64,000 bases of DNA, taken from sequence record OK283619.1. One strand, written 5' to 3'. The notes beneath the pieces are model-generated. The model searched no databases, had not been told where the DNA came from, and saw only the letters and a list, made by a program, of their open reading frames with translations. The stretch's first letter is position 1, and the number at the start of each line of letters is the position of its first letter. Source of the DNA: Escherichia phage LPEK22. Of the stretch, positions 27,468-36,771 are shown one piece after another. A program made the translations under genes and the position numbers.

Positions 27468-28307
27468 ATGAAACCTGAATTGCAAAAACTGTTTGAAGGC
27501 GTTAATGGCCTCAGCACCGATTTCTTGGACAAAGTATCTGGTCTGCTGGAATCTAAAGTTGAAGCCGCCCGTCTGCAAGCTATTCAAGAAACTGAAGCGG
27601 CTGGTAACGTTGAGCGCCTGACTCTGGTAGAAGCCCACCAGAAAGAAGTCGCAGACCTTAAAGAAAATTTCACTCTTCAGTTGGCGGAAAAAGTTGATTC
27701 GTTCCTCAACGCGGTTGTTGAAGAATGGGCTAACAAAAATGCTCCGGCTATTGACGCTCAGATCAAAACCGAAGCTGCTGAACGCTTCCTCACTGGTTTC
27801 TCTAATGTTCTGAAAGAAGCAGGTGTTAGTTTCGCCACTGACCCAGACGGTCAGATTGCAGCTCTCACCAACCGCCTGGCTGAAGCAGAGCAACGCGCCA
27901 GCATTGCCAATACTGAATTGGCTCAGCTCAAAGAAAGTGAAACCAAACGCCAGCGCAATGATGTCATTGATCGTATTTGTGAAGGTATGGTTGACACCAA
28001 GAAAGACACTGTTGTCAACCTGCTGGAAGGTATTGAATTCCAGACCGAGTCTGAATTTGAATCCCGTGTGCGCACCTTCCGTAACCTGGTAGAAGGCAAA
28101 GATGACTTCTCTGATAAAGTCGGCAAAGACAATGAAAAAGGCAAGCCGGATGGCGACAAGTCTGAAAAAGACATCAAAGAAGGTAAAAAACCGAAGAAAG
28201 AAGGTGAAGCCGACGATGATGACGATGACGATGATGACAAAGACGAAGTTGGCAAAGAAGTCAACGAAGCCGTCCGTCGCCAGATCAGTGCTTTGCTGAA
28301 CGGCTAA
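27468..28307 (+). CDS. Prohead scaffolding protein, T4 gp22-like
   Basis: Alpha-helical, acidic, with a C-terminal poly-Asp tract. Position between protease and major capsid gene. Confidence 0.7.
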   Translation: MKPELQKLFEGVNGLSTDFLDKVSGLLESKVEAARLQAIQETEAAGNVERLTLVEAHQKEVADLKENFTLQLAEKVDSFLNAVVEEWANKNAPAIDAQIKTEAAERFLTGFSNVLKEAGVSFATDPDGQIAALTNRLAEAEQRASIANTELAQLKESETKRQRNDVIDRICEGMVDTKKDTVVNLLEGIEFQTESEFESRVRTFRNLVEGKDDFSDKVGKDNEKGKPDGDKSEKDIKEGKKPKKEGEADDDDDDDDDKDEVGKEVNEAVRRQISALLNG

Positions 28308-28398
28308 TTTTAGCAGCCACAGCCCTCGAAAGGGGGCTTGATTTTGAACTACTAAGTAATTTCAACTTAACTGAATATCAATGTAAGGAACGAGCATC

Positions 28399-29721
28399 AT
28401 GACTAAGAAACTTGTAACCGAAGAAATGCGCAAACAGTGGCTGCCAGTTCTCCAAAAAGAATCTGAAGCTATTCAACCTCTGTCTGCCGAAAACGTAACC
28501 ATCCGTCTGATGCAGAACCAGGCTGAATGGAACGCAAAAAACCTGGGCGAATCTGACGCACCTGGTTCTGTGAACAGCACTGTCGGTAAATGGCAGCCAG
28601 TTCTGATCGACATGGCAAAACGTCTGGCGCCGATCAACATCGCGATGGACTTCTTCGGTGTTCAGCCGCTGTCTGGTCCTGACGGTCAGATCTTTGCACT
28701 GCGCGCTCGCCAGGGTATTGGTGACAGTTCCAACACCGCACAGTCTCGTAAAGAACTGTTCATGCAGGAAGCCGATTCCGGCTATTCCGGTGATGGTACT
28801 GTACAGGCTGGCGACCCGTCAGGCTTTAGTCAGGCTGAGATCGAAGGTTCCGGCTCTGGCGTGACCACTATCGGTAAAGGTATGCCGTCAACCGACGCGG
28901 AACTGCTGGGTACTACCACCAATCCGTGGGCGCGTGTTGGTATCACCGTTCAGAAAGCGACCGTTACTGCCAAGTCTCGCGGCCTGTATGCTGATTACAG
29001 CCATGAACTGCGTCAGGATATGATGGCAATTCACGGCGAAGACGTGGATAATATCCTGTCTGACGTGATGGTAACTGAAATTCAGGCGGAAATGAACCGT
29101 GAATTCATCCGTACCATGAACTTCAGTGCTGTTCGCTTCAAAAAATTCGGCACCAACGGTGTTGTTGATATCGCGCAGGACATCTCTGGTCGTTGGGCGC
29201 TGGAAAAATGGAAGTTCCTGACTTTCATGCTGGAAGTTGAAGCGAACGGTATCGGTGTTGACACCCGTCGTGGTAAAGGCAACCGTGTTCTGTGTTCTCC
29301 GAACGTGGCATCCGCTCTGGCGATGTCTGGCATGCTGGACTATGCTCCAGTTCTGCAGGAAAACACTAAACTGGCTGTTGACCCGACTGGCCAGACCTTC
29401 GCTGGTGTTCTGTCCAACGGTATGCGCGTCTATGTTGACCCGTATGCTGTAGCAGAATATATCACTCTGGCATACAAAGGCGCAACTGCGCTGGATGCCG
29501 GTATCTTCTTCGCGCCGTATGTGCCGCTGGAAATGTACCGCACCCAGGGTGAAACCACCTTCGCTCCGCGTATGGCGTTCAAAACCCGTTACGGCATCTG
29601 TGCTAACCCGTTCGTACAGATTCCGGCTAACCAAGACCCGCAGGTTTACGTGACTGCTGACGGTATTGCTCAAGACAGCAACCCGTATTTCCGCAAAGGT
29701 CTGATCAAATCTCTGTTCTAA
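28399..29721 (+). CDS. Major capsid protein, T4 gp23-like
   Basis: DFFGVQPLSGPDGQIFALRARQG parallels T4 gp23 (FDICGVQPMNSPTGQVFALRAVYG). Strong codon bias. Followed by a terminator. Confidence 0.9.
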   Translation: MTKKLVTEEMRKQWLPVLQKESEAIQPLSAENVTIRLMQNQAEWNAKNLGESDAPGSVNSTVGKWQPVLIDMAKRLAPINIAMDFFGVQPLSGPDGQIFALRARQGIGDSSNTAQSRKELFMQEADSGYSGDGTVQAGDPSGFSQAEIEGSGSGVTTIGKGMPSTDAELLGTTTNPWARVGITVQKATVTAKSRGLYADYSHELRQDMMAIHGEDVDNILSDVMVTEIQAEMNREFIRTMNFSAVRFKKFGTNGVVDIAQDISGRWALEKWKFLTFMLEVEANGIGVDTRRGKGNRVLCSPNVASALAMSGMLDYAPVLQENTKLAVDPTGQTFAGVLSNGMRVYVDPYAVAEYITLAYKGATALDAGIFFAPYVPLEMYRTQGETTFAPRMAFKTRYGICANPFVQIPANQDPQVYVTADGIAQDSNPYFRKGLIKSLF

Positions 29722-29739
29722 TCGACAGGTTTTGATAAC

Positions 29740-29768
29740 AAACCCCGCTTCGGCGGGGTTTTTCTTTA
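29740..29768 (+). terminator. Rho-independent terminator after the major capsid gene
   Basis: aaccccgcttcggcggggtt hairpin plus tttctttat. Confidence 0.8.
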
Positions 29769-29815
29769 TAGGGATATGTAAGATAATAAAGCCTCATTTA
29801 TCAAAGGAGGTTAAA

Positions 29816-30052
29816 ATGTCTCATCAATTATCTGGCGGTGCAGTCGATACTCTATTCGTTCTTTTCTGGTTTGGACCTCGTGAAGCTGGGGAAATACCTG
29901 CTAAATCTGGAGAAGCCGAATTGGCCTCCCTGGGGTTTTGTAAACGAGTTGATGTTAAAAACGTACCAAAAGGTCGAGATACACATCTGTGTGTACTCAC
30001 CGAGGAAGGTTACAAATACGCATATCTGAAATATGTTTCTCAAAATGCGTGA
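29816..30052 (+). CDS. Hypothetical protein (78 aa)
   Basis: ATG after RBS aaaggagg (track start upstream is an alternative start). Confidence 0.45.
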   Translation: MSHQLSGGAVDTLFVLFWFGPREAGEIPAKSGEAELASLGFCKRVDVKNVPKGRDTHLCVLTEEGYKYAYLKYVSQNA

Positions 30053-30139
30053 TTGTTTATCGTAACGATTTAATACGCGAATAGTTCAATAACAATTCCT
30101 GTTGTACGATATAACTTTCTTACAACAGGAGTATCAGTC

Positions 30140-30454
30140 ATGACAACCCGAAATATTACCTCTGAACAATCCGTGTCACAAATCCTCATTAATTCCCGCA
30201 CCCAAAAAGAACGTCTTTTTGACATCCTCACTAATGTGATCAATATTCGTCGACAATTAGATGGTGAATTTCCCGAATCTGATTCTGAAGAAAAATCAAC
30301 ACACAATCCAGGTCTTGTTGGTGCTATCCTTAACATACAAGGAGAGCAGGACGATATCATCGATAGAATCAATGCCCACATGGACGTCATCCATACTAAA
30401 CTGGGAACGTTTTATCACCCAAATTGTGAAGACGAGTCTAAAGATAATTGTTAA
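30140..30454 (+). CDS. Hypothetical protein (104 aa)
   Basis: ATG. RBS aggag lies in the 3' arm of a hairpin (30098-30129). Confidence 0.45.
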   Translation: MTTRNITSEQSVSQILINSRTQKERLFDILTNVINIRRQLDGEFPESDSEEKSTHNPGLVGAILNIQGEQDDIIDRINAHMDVIHTKLGTFYHPNCEDESKDNC

Positions 30455-30515
30455 TGTTTTCAATAAATGGGTAATGAACCATCATTACCCAACTTTCACA
30501 ATAGGAATACAACTC

Positions 30516-30710
30516 ATGGCAAAAGAAACTCTTAACAATGAAAACTCCAACTTTGCAGAATGGCATACCGAATTAGAGCGCGTTGCCCGTTCTCAACATG
30601 GTTCTGCCGCTGATGCAGATGCTTGGCGTGAAGATTATGAATCTGGAAAAACTCCACGTCAGGCTTGGGAAGACGAATGGGGGTGGGATGATGCCGACTC
30701 TAATCCGTAA
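30516..30710 (+). CDS. Hypothetical small protein (64 aa)
   Basis: ATG at 30516. The longer track ORF from 30261 overlaps the ORF at 30140 out of frame and is probably not its true start. Confidence 0.3.
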   Translation: MAKETLNNENSNFAEWHTELERVARSQHGSAADADAWREDYESGKTPRQAWEDEWGWDDADSNP

Positions 30711-30921
30711 GATATATCTGGATAAGAACTATTTGGAATCTAAAATCGAAGTTTTCACGGCTCAAAAAATATTTGAAGACGGTGAAACGAGATATTATCT
30801 GAATCCAGACCTTTATCTCCCAGGAAGTAATTTGAATCGCGACATATCCCAAATAGACGGCACAATCATTCGTTGGGAAATAGCGACGCAAGAAGACAAC
30901 TGTCACAACATAACACTTTGA
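30685..30921 (+). CDS. Hypothetical small protein (78 aa)
   Basis: ATG at 30685 after a G-rich RBS. The upstream part of the track ORF overlaps the previous gene. Confidence 0.3.
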   Translation, partial: GMMPTLIRKIYLDKNYLESKIEVFTAQKIFEDGETRYYLNPDLYLPGSNLNRDISQIDGTIIRWEIATQEDNCHNITL

Positions 30922-30936
30922 AGAGAGAACTACATC

Positions 30937-31383
30937 ATGTCTAAACAAAATTATATCTTTATTAGTCCAGGACGTTCCCAGTTTTTTCGTAGCGACATCG
31001 ATACACCTATCGAAGGTTTTCGCATTTTCAAATGCTATAAATTGGCCAGCGGTGACATTGATTATCAAAGTCACGACAATGACCGCCAAGACTTGGTTGA
31101 TAACGGTTGGGAAGAAATAGATTCTCCTCAATATCTGACCGTCAACCTTTATTATATGAAGGAAAGCGGTAAATATTATTCGACTGGGGAGTTGAAAATC
31201 CGAGTTTCAGAAGCCCAATCCAATCCAGCAAAAAGTTGGTATGACACGCAAGAGTTAGTGCGTGATCTCCTGAAGAAAGGCGAACTGCCTGGCTTGGTTA
31301 AAGGTTCCCGTTTTGATACCTTCATGTCCTGTGAACAACACCCGTGCTATGTTCCGACTTTATTTAAAATCAGCAACATGTGA
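30937..31383 (+). CDS. Hypothetical protein (148 aa)
   Basis: ATG with upstream gagagaactacatcATG context shared with the ORF at 32106. Confidence 0.5.
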   Translation: MSKQNYIFISPGRSQFFRSDIDTPIEGFRIFKCYKLASGDIDYQSHDNDRQDLVDNGWEEIDSPQYLTVNLYYMKESGKYYSTGELKIRVSEAQSNPAKSWYDTQELVRDLLKKGELPGLVKGSRFDTFMSCEQHPCYVPTLFKISNM

Positions 31384-31394
31384 GAGATTAATAT

Positions 31395-31769
31395 ATGAGC
31401 AATTTACCACTGCTTCAAGTCGGCGATGTGTTCGTTCTCACAGAAGAAATGACCATTGAAACTCAGGTGCCTAAGCATTTCTTGTATTCTAATTGCAAGG
31501 GAGATTGGCAAACGGACTCTGGTTATATCACCCCTGAGGGATTCTTCGGTTACATGCAAGGGCATTATGTCGTTACCAAAACAGCTCTACAAGGAGGTAG
31601 CGCTGGTCACGACCCATACCCAGACGGTCATCATGTTTGGGCACAGCATACCGAAAATGAACGCATCAGGATCTGTTTTTATCAGACAGGCAGCTTCAGA
31701 AACATGCACCGTAACGTTCCAGTAGTCGGAAAAGCCAAGGCGCAAACATGGACTTGGGAGAAATTATGA
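31395..31769 (+). CDS. Hypothetical protein (124 aa)
   Basis: ATG with RBS gagag. ATGA overlap with the next ORF. Confidence 0.5.
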   Translation: MSNLPLLQVGDVFVLTEEMTIETQVPKHFLYSNCKGDWQTDSGYITPEGFFGYMQGHYVVTKTALQGGSAGHDPYPDGHHVWAQHTENERIRICFYQTGSFRNMHRNVPVVGKAKAQTWTWEKL

Positions 31770-32002
31770 GAATCAAAAAGATTGGAGCAAGCCCGTTGAC
31801 GGGCACTATCTTCCAAGGTACATTGAATACCAAAACCAGTATGTGGGTAGGTGAGAAGACCGACGTGACTAACGACTGTGTAGCGGCTACGGCTGAACAT
31901 ATGCGCCACATCAAGAAAGACTACTGCTTCCCTACTAAAGACGGCAAGTTCCTGGTGCTGAGCGCTGAGGTTCACGACACTCTTCCTGATCGCTTCAAAT
32001 AA
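31766..32002 (+). CDS. Hypothetical protein (78 aa)
   Basis: ATG at 31766 after gggagaaatt. Confidence 0.45.
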   Translation: MRIKKIGASPLTGTIFQGTLNTKTSMWVGEKTDVTNDCVAATAEHMRHIKKDYCFPTKDGKFLVLSAEVHDTLPDRFK

Positions 32003-32105
32003 ATTTAAAATTTATTCAATAAACGGGGTTTACTTCTTCAATAAACCCCGTATACTTCATTCCATAAGCAGCACAACACTGACTCTGAAATGAAGGAACT
32101 ACATC

Positions 32106-32570
32106 ATGACAACCGTAAAAATCTCCGTCTGGGCATTCAACAATTTCACCAAATTTGACGCGTTTGTTAAAAACGCTCTGGGCATCACCAACATAGAATC
32201 TTTCACTTCTTATGACCGCGAAGATCAGGTCAAAATGCTTCGTCCTGAAATCGACCTTGACGCAATGCTGAACGCCATCAAGAATCACGATGACAACCTG
32301 GCTGAATTCGAAAACCTCCGCACCTCTATCTTCAAAAAGAACGGTGGCATTCGTAAGCTGAGCAACAAAACCATCAAATATGTCACCGAAGGGTTCTTTG
32401 TGGTGTTCGACTTCATAGAAACCAAGCCGAACGAACTTCGTAAAGATTTAGACGGCAACGTTATCACCCTGAAAATATTTGGCGAAGCCAAAGCCGATAT
32501 GATGCGTGACGGCCTATGTGATGAGACATTCACATACGACGAATATTGCGATCAGTGCCAAGATCTGTAA
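32106..32570 (+). CDS. Hypothetical protein (154 aa)
   Basis: ATG with RBS aaggaa. Preceded by a hairpin at 32023-32051. Confidence 0.5.
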   Translation: MTTVKISVWAFNNFTKFDAFVKNALGITNIESFTSYDREDQVKMLRPEIDLDAMLNAIKNHDDNLAEFENLRTSIFKKNGGIRKLSNKTIKYVTEGFFVVFDFIETKPNELRKDLDGNVITLKIFGEAKADMMRDGLCDETFTYDEYCDQCQDL

Positions 32571-32638
32571 TTTGTTCTAAACCATTTGAACGGGTATGTT
32601 AAAATCATACCCAACCCCTACAAATAGAGGACTATAAC

Positions 32639-32956
32639 ATGGCTTGTAAAACACCAGAAATGAAATTAGTTGTTTCGTCAAAGGGACGTCGCAGCCGCAG
32701 TCGAAATCTCATCACCCGTTTAGATATTCTACGTCAAAAATATCAAGGTCACAGCGTGTTCACGCGCATCCGTAACGCATTAAAGGAAGGGCGAACCGAG
32801 TTGGAGCTATATCGTCCAAACGGTTCGACTCGTGCGTATCAGACCACCGACGGTTTGCTGGAACTGATCCGCCTCTCGGGAATGAGCATAGAACCTCGTT
32901 CATCAGGGACTCCCTTGTGCAGCCTGTATGTAATCGGCAATCTTGGGGCGCTGTGA
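32639..32956 (+). CDS. Hypothetical basic protein (105 aa)
   Basis: ATG with RBS agagga. Confidence 0.45.
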   Translation: MACKTPEMKLVVSSKGRRSRSRNLITRLDILRQKYQGHSVFTRIRNALKEGRTELELYRPNGSTRAYQTTDGLLELIRLSGMSIEPRSSGTPLCSLYVIGNLGAL

Positions 32957-32961
32957 GTTCT

Positions 32962-33384
32962 ATGAAGAAGTATATCGTTCTTATAACGGGTTCCCGTTCT
33001 ATAACTGAGCGGGATAAAATCTTCGCCAAACTGGATGAACTGTTAGATCCCCACGAGATCGAAACTTTTATAGAAGGTGAAGCGGTTGGTGTGGACTTGA
33101 TATCTCGTGATTGGTGTGAAATCAATTATGTCCATGTTACACCAATGGAGATCCCTAAGAATTATCACACGATATATGGGAAAGGCGCAGGAAACCAACG
33201 TAACAAAGATATGTTAGACAAAGCTATGACCCTGGCCAAACAAAAAGGTCTTGAGGTCTTTGGAATTGCATTATGGGATGGTTCGTCTACTGGGACGCAA
33301 GACATGATTACCCGCATGAAAAAAGCAGGTGTCAATGTCAATATCACTCTCATGGGCAAACCCAAAACCAAACGATTGTTATAA
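32962..33384 (+). CDS. SLOG / DprA-like Rossmann-fold protein (DUF2493-like), 140 aa, tentative
   Basis: MKKYIVLITGSRSITE...IETFIEGEAVGVD...GKGAGNQRNKDM resembles the SLOG (Smf/DprA/LOG) fold pattern. Recognition by eye only. Confidence 0.4.
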   Translation: MKKYIVLITGSRSITERDKIFAKLDELLDPHEIETFIEGEAVGVDLISRDWCEINYVHVTPMEIPKNYHTIYGKGAGNQRNKDMLDKAMTLAKQKGLEVFGIALWDGSSTGTQDMITRMKKAGVNVNITLMGKPKTKRLL

Positions 33385-33418
33385 ATATGTTTGCCTTCAC
33401 ACCCATATGGAGTTAGCT

Positions 33419-33589
33419 ATGCTGCAATTAATTTTGATTCTTTGCGTCGCTTTTACCATGTACTTTCTGGCGCGAATCAGTTATATCACACTAAATGATC
33501 TGAAAAATACACCACGCGAACCTAAATTTATATTTCTAAAGAAATACACCAAAAAGTTCTGCGAGAATTTTATCTATCATCTTCCGTGA
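33419..33589 (+). CDS. Small hydrophobic membrane protein (56 aa)
   Basis: One predicted TM helix (LQLILILCVAFTMYFLA). Start uncertain. Confidence 0.25.
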   Translation: MLQLILILCVAFTMYFLARISYITLNDLKNTPREPKFIFLKKYTKKFCENFIYHLP

Positions 33590-33590
33590 T

Positions 33591-33618
33591 TATAAATACC
33601 CCCAAAATTGGGGGTATT
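33591..33618 (+). promoter_or_regulatory. TATAAATA late-promoter-like box fused to a 9-bp-stem hairpin immediately upstream of the ATG at 33621
   Basis: tataaataccccc aaaatt gggggtattt. Arms aataccccc / gggggtatt. Confidence 0.45.
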
Positions 33619-33620
33619 TT

Positions 33621-34349
33621 ATGAACGCACAAATCTACGATGTCCTTTCCTCTGGTAATGCATTTAGCAACCCGCTTCCGTCCCTCTCCGGTCCCTCACA
33701 GGATTTAATCACCAGTGGTAGTACCAATATACCATTGATAACTGCCAACGCGACTCCGGAGATGCAGGCGGCTATGGTTGCTGGTGGACTAACACCAGAA
33801 AAACTCACAGCAGCCACCACCATGTATAGCGCCGCCAACACGGGGATAACGACACTGAACACATATGGCGACCAAAGTATCAATGACGCGTATTCTCGCA
33901 TCGGTACTTCCGTGTCATACAAATCAGGTCTGAAGGGTATATCACGAGAGCCAAACAATTGTGATTTGATCAACAAGGCTTTTGGTGTTGTTCAGGATTT
34001 AGGACGCCAATGGCTGAATGCTATGGAAGGTGCTCTACAGACCGTAACAAACAAGATATCGGAATTGTATGACATGATTATGGAAGGTGCCTCAGAAGGG
34101 ATGGCAAAACTACAGCAATTGGCTGCTGAAGTAACAGGACATATCAATGAGGCAATAACCGCAGTCAACGGGGTTATAAGTGATATTACAGATGGTATAG
34201 CCGCAGAACTTGCTCACATTGAAAGCATGATCAAAGAATGTCTAAACTTCTCTTTTGCGAATGTTCTTGGAGAATGGGCTAAAGATCTCTGTGCTGGAGG
34301 CGTTATTGATAAAATAGGGACTCCAGAATTAAAAGAGTCCCTGAAATAA
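33621..34349 (+). CDS. Hypothetical protein (242 aa)
   Basis: ATG immediately after the TATAAATA plus hairpin element at 33591-33618. Confidence 0.5.
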   Translation: MNAQIYDVLSSGNAFSNPLPSLSGPSQDLITSGSTNIPLITANATPEMQAAMVAGGLTPEKLTAATTMYSAANTGITTLNTYGDQSINDAYSRIGTSVSYKSGLKGISREPNNCDLINKAFGVVQDLGRQWLNAMEGALQTVTNKISELYDMIMEGASEGMAKLQQLAAEVTGHINEAITAVNGVISDITDGIAAELAHIESMIKECLNFSFANVLGEWAKDLCAGGVIDKIGTPELKESLK

Positions 34350-34970
34350 TTAATGTCTAGCGGGGAGAACTCCCACTGGTTCGATACCTTCCATCACCAG
34401 GGAGTTCACCCCAACATCACTCATTCGAATCCATACTTTACCGCCTGGTCTTATTTCATAGATGTTCATTTCATTACCCACAGCAGATCCATTAACGAAA
34501 ACACCCTGAGTGGCAATTCGGATCGGAGATTTGGTGTTATTAACTATCTGAAATGATATTGCAACGTCTCTGGTGATTTCTACGTCCCTTGCTTGAGTAT
34601 TCCTTCTGAGTTTGTCAAAGAAAGAAGGGTTGAAAGTCGCTATGATGCTATTATTCTGAGAGTAATAAATACTTGCGGATAGATATGGGATCTTTCCTTC
34701 GTCACCTTTCCTCAATAGGGGAATCGTGGTTTTCCAGTATGGTCTCAGTGACTGGTTGTTATCATCAAAACAACCAACAGCTTGAAGAGTCTGGAAGTTC
34801 TGAAAATCAGATACTACTTGATTCAGAATATTTTTATTGCATTTATCAATGTCGGCTGAGATGTTAACAGGTATGGTTCTGATTTCAGGATCCCAGAGGT
34901 CGGTTACAGAAATGACGGACGTGACAAAGATACGGCAACTTGTGAGTGCAAGCACCATTATCATCGTCAT
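34350..34970 (-). CDS. Hypothetical secreted or membrane protein (about 206 aa), antisense to the flanking genes
   Basis: Minus-strand ORF. ATG at 34970 gives a hydrophobic N-terminus (MTMIMVLALTSCRIF). The track start at 35048 is a TTG. Confidence 0.4.
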   Translation of the reverse strand: MTMIMVLALTSCRIFVTSVISVTDLWDPEIRTIPVNISADIDKCNKNILNQVVSDFQNFQTLQAVGCFDDNNQSLRPYWKTTIPLLRKGDEGKIPYLSASIYYSQNNSIIATFNPSFFDKLRRNTQARDVEITRDVAISFQIVNNTKSPIRIATQGVFVNGSAVGNEMNIYEIRPGGKVWIRMSDVGVNSLVMEGIEPVGVLPARH

Positions 34971-35033
34971 GATCCATTTTCTGAATCCGCGTATCAGGAA
35001 CACTAAAACGTTCTCCACAGCAAAGGTGCTAAC

Positions 35034-35531
35034 ATGACAGGTGTACAATTCAAAAACGAAAATCCTAATTTCGCGGCTTCCGATAAATGGCGCTTAACTA
35101 TCGGAGACCTGATATTGCTTACTCGTTCAATACATGACTTCAGTATTCCTGGAGTGTATTCTGAAGGTATCGAGGGACCATCCCCTGGCGATGTGCTCAA
35201 CTCCATACCTTCAGAACGTCTCACGTATGACCCCATCGTATTTACGTTCGTTATCGATGAGAGTTGGTACAACTGGGAACAGATTTACAATTGGATTGCG
35301 TCCAATGCTGGATCTGATTTAGCTGTTAGCCGTGACATCACCATCGACCTTCTTGATAACATGAATCGCCCTGTTGGTCTACAATTGTTGTTGGAAGAAG
35401 CCCGTCCCACAGCTTTGGACAACGTATTGGTGGATGTGGATGCTGCGGTTCCCCAACTGGTCACGACTGTCACGTTCAAATATTTGAAACTGACTCCGAC
35501 TCGCGTCACCCGCGAAATTGATAAACAATAA
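35034..35531 (+). CDS. Hypothetical protein (165 aa)
   Basis: ATG with RBS aaggtg. Confidence 0.5.
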   Translation: MTGVQFKNENPNFAASDKWRLTIGDLILLTRSIHDFSIPGVYSEGIEGPSPGDVLNSIPSERLTYDPIVFTFVIDESWYNWEQIYNWIASNAGSDLAVSRDITIDLLDNMNRPVGLQLLLEEARPTALDNVLVDVDAAVPQLVTTVTFKYLKLTPTRVTREIDKQ

Positions 35532-35569
35532 GTTATAATACAGAGAGTTGAAACAGCAGGGAATAAATC

Positions 35570-36025
35570 ATGAGCGAAACAAAACTTGAAACGATGAAAA
35601 CCGAAGATATAATGGCAGAATTGGAGCCTCTTATTTCGGTAAATCCTGAAGACATGAACTTAGACCAAATGTCATTGAAAATTGGTCGTTCGTGGATGAC
35701 TGTGCAACGCCATTATATTCGTGAAGGAAGATATCTGGAGTATCTAACTGGCAAATTCCGCCAAATAGATCTCTATTTACGCCGATTTTATGCAGGGGAA
35801 TTGCCGCCCAACGTTTATGTTGAACGCCCATTAAAAGTTCGACCCCTGAAATCTGATATAGATGTATGGGTAAAAGCAGATGATGATTATATCGAATTGT
35901 CTAGCATGCTTCAAGAGCAGAAAGCCAAAGTCAAGTTCATCGAAAGTTGCTTAGATCGTTTGAACAAACTCGGATATGAAGTGAAGAATGCTATTGATTG
36001 GCGAAAATATTTGGATGGGATGTAA
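35570..36025 (+). CDS. Hypothetical protein (151 aa)
   Basis: ATG with RBS caggga. TAATG overlap with the next gene. Confidence 0.5.
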   Translation: MSETKLETMKTEDIMAELEPLISVNPEDMNLDQMSLKIGRSWMTVQRHYIREGRYLEYLTGKFRQIDLYLRRFYAGELPPNVYVERPLKVRPLKSDIDVWVKADDDYIELSSMLQEQKAKVKFIESCLDRLNKLGYEVKNAIDWRKYLDGM

Positions 36026-36771
36026 TGGTTTCTCTACAGGCTTTGCGCAAACTTAATGACTTTGAAAATCGTCATCATACATTTCAGCAATATTCCTTGC
36101 CGTTTAAGGAACTGACTTGCGTAACTACCGAAAATGGTCGTCACTATGTTTCCCCCACTGGAGTCAAACTAACTTCAGTGACGACCATGTTAGGGCGTAC
36201 TGGTGACCACACATGGTTAGAAGCCTGGCGGGACAAGTTGGGGCATGAAGCTGCTGATATAGAAACACATCGTTGCGCAGACCGTGGGGAAAAACTTCAT
36301 TTGGCTTGTGAGTTGTATCTCAAAAACAGACCAATGAAGGAAGTTCTGGAAGCTGCAGGGGAATACGTGTTTATGTTCAAACAGGTTTTCCCCTACCTTA
36401 ACAAAATGAGCAAGATATATGCACAAGAGATTCCATTATATAGCGAAGTCCTGGGTCTTGCTGGTCGTGTTGACCTCATCGGGGTTTACGAAGGAATTCC
36501 AAGCATAATCGATTTCAAAACATCTAACACCCTAAAAACTCGAAGCATGATAGAAGATTATAGTATTCAATTGTGTCTATACTCAGTCATGTTTCAACAA
36601 ATGTTTAATGTCAAGATAGAGCGTTTAATCAATATTATATCCAACGAAAATGCCCTTGTTCCCACCATAATCGAATTCGATCGCAAAGACGTTATTTCTA
36701 AAATGTTTGACCGTGTCCGTCTGTATCACAAAATGAACAAAGAACAGAACGGAATCTGGGCGGATCGCTAA
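36025..36771 (+). CDS. PD-(D/E)XK family nuclease (RecB/Cas4-like exonuclease fold), tentative
   Basis: GRVDLIGVYEGIPSIIDFKTS fits the D...(D/E)xK catalytic core. ATG at 36025 overlaps the upstream stop. Confidence 0.55.
   Translation: MVSLQALRKLNDFENRHHTFQQYSLPFKELTCVTTENGRHYVSPTGVKLTSVTTMLGRTGDHTWLEAWRDKLGHEAADIETHRCADRGEKLHLACELYLKNRPMKEVLEAAGEYVFMFKQVFPYLNKMSKIYAQEIPLYSEVLGLAGRVDLIGVYEGIPSIIDFKTSNTLKTRSMIEDYSIQLCLYSVMFQQMFNVKIERLINIISNENALVPTIIEFDRKDVISKMFDRVRLYHKMNKEQNGIWADR

Noticed and set aside
28195-28250. Run of GAT/GAC codons (poly-Asp) in the scaffold gene
   Set aside because: A low-complexity acidic tail typical of scaffolding proteins, not a repeat element or a slippery site.
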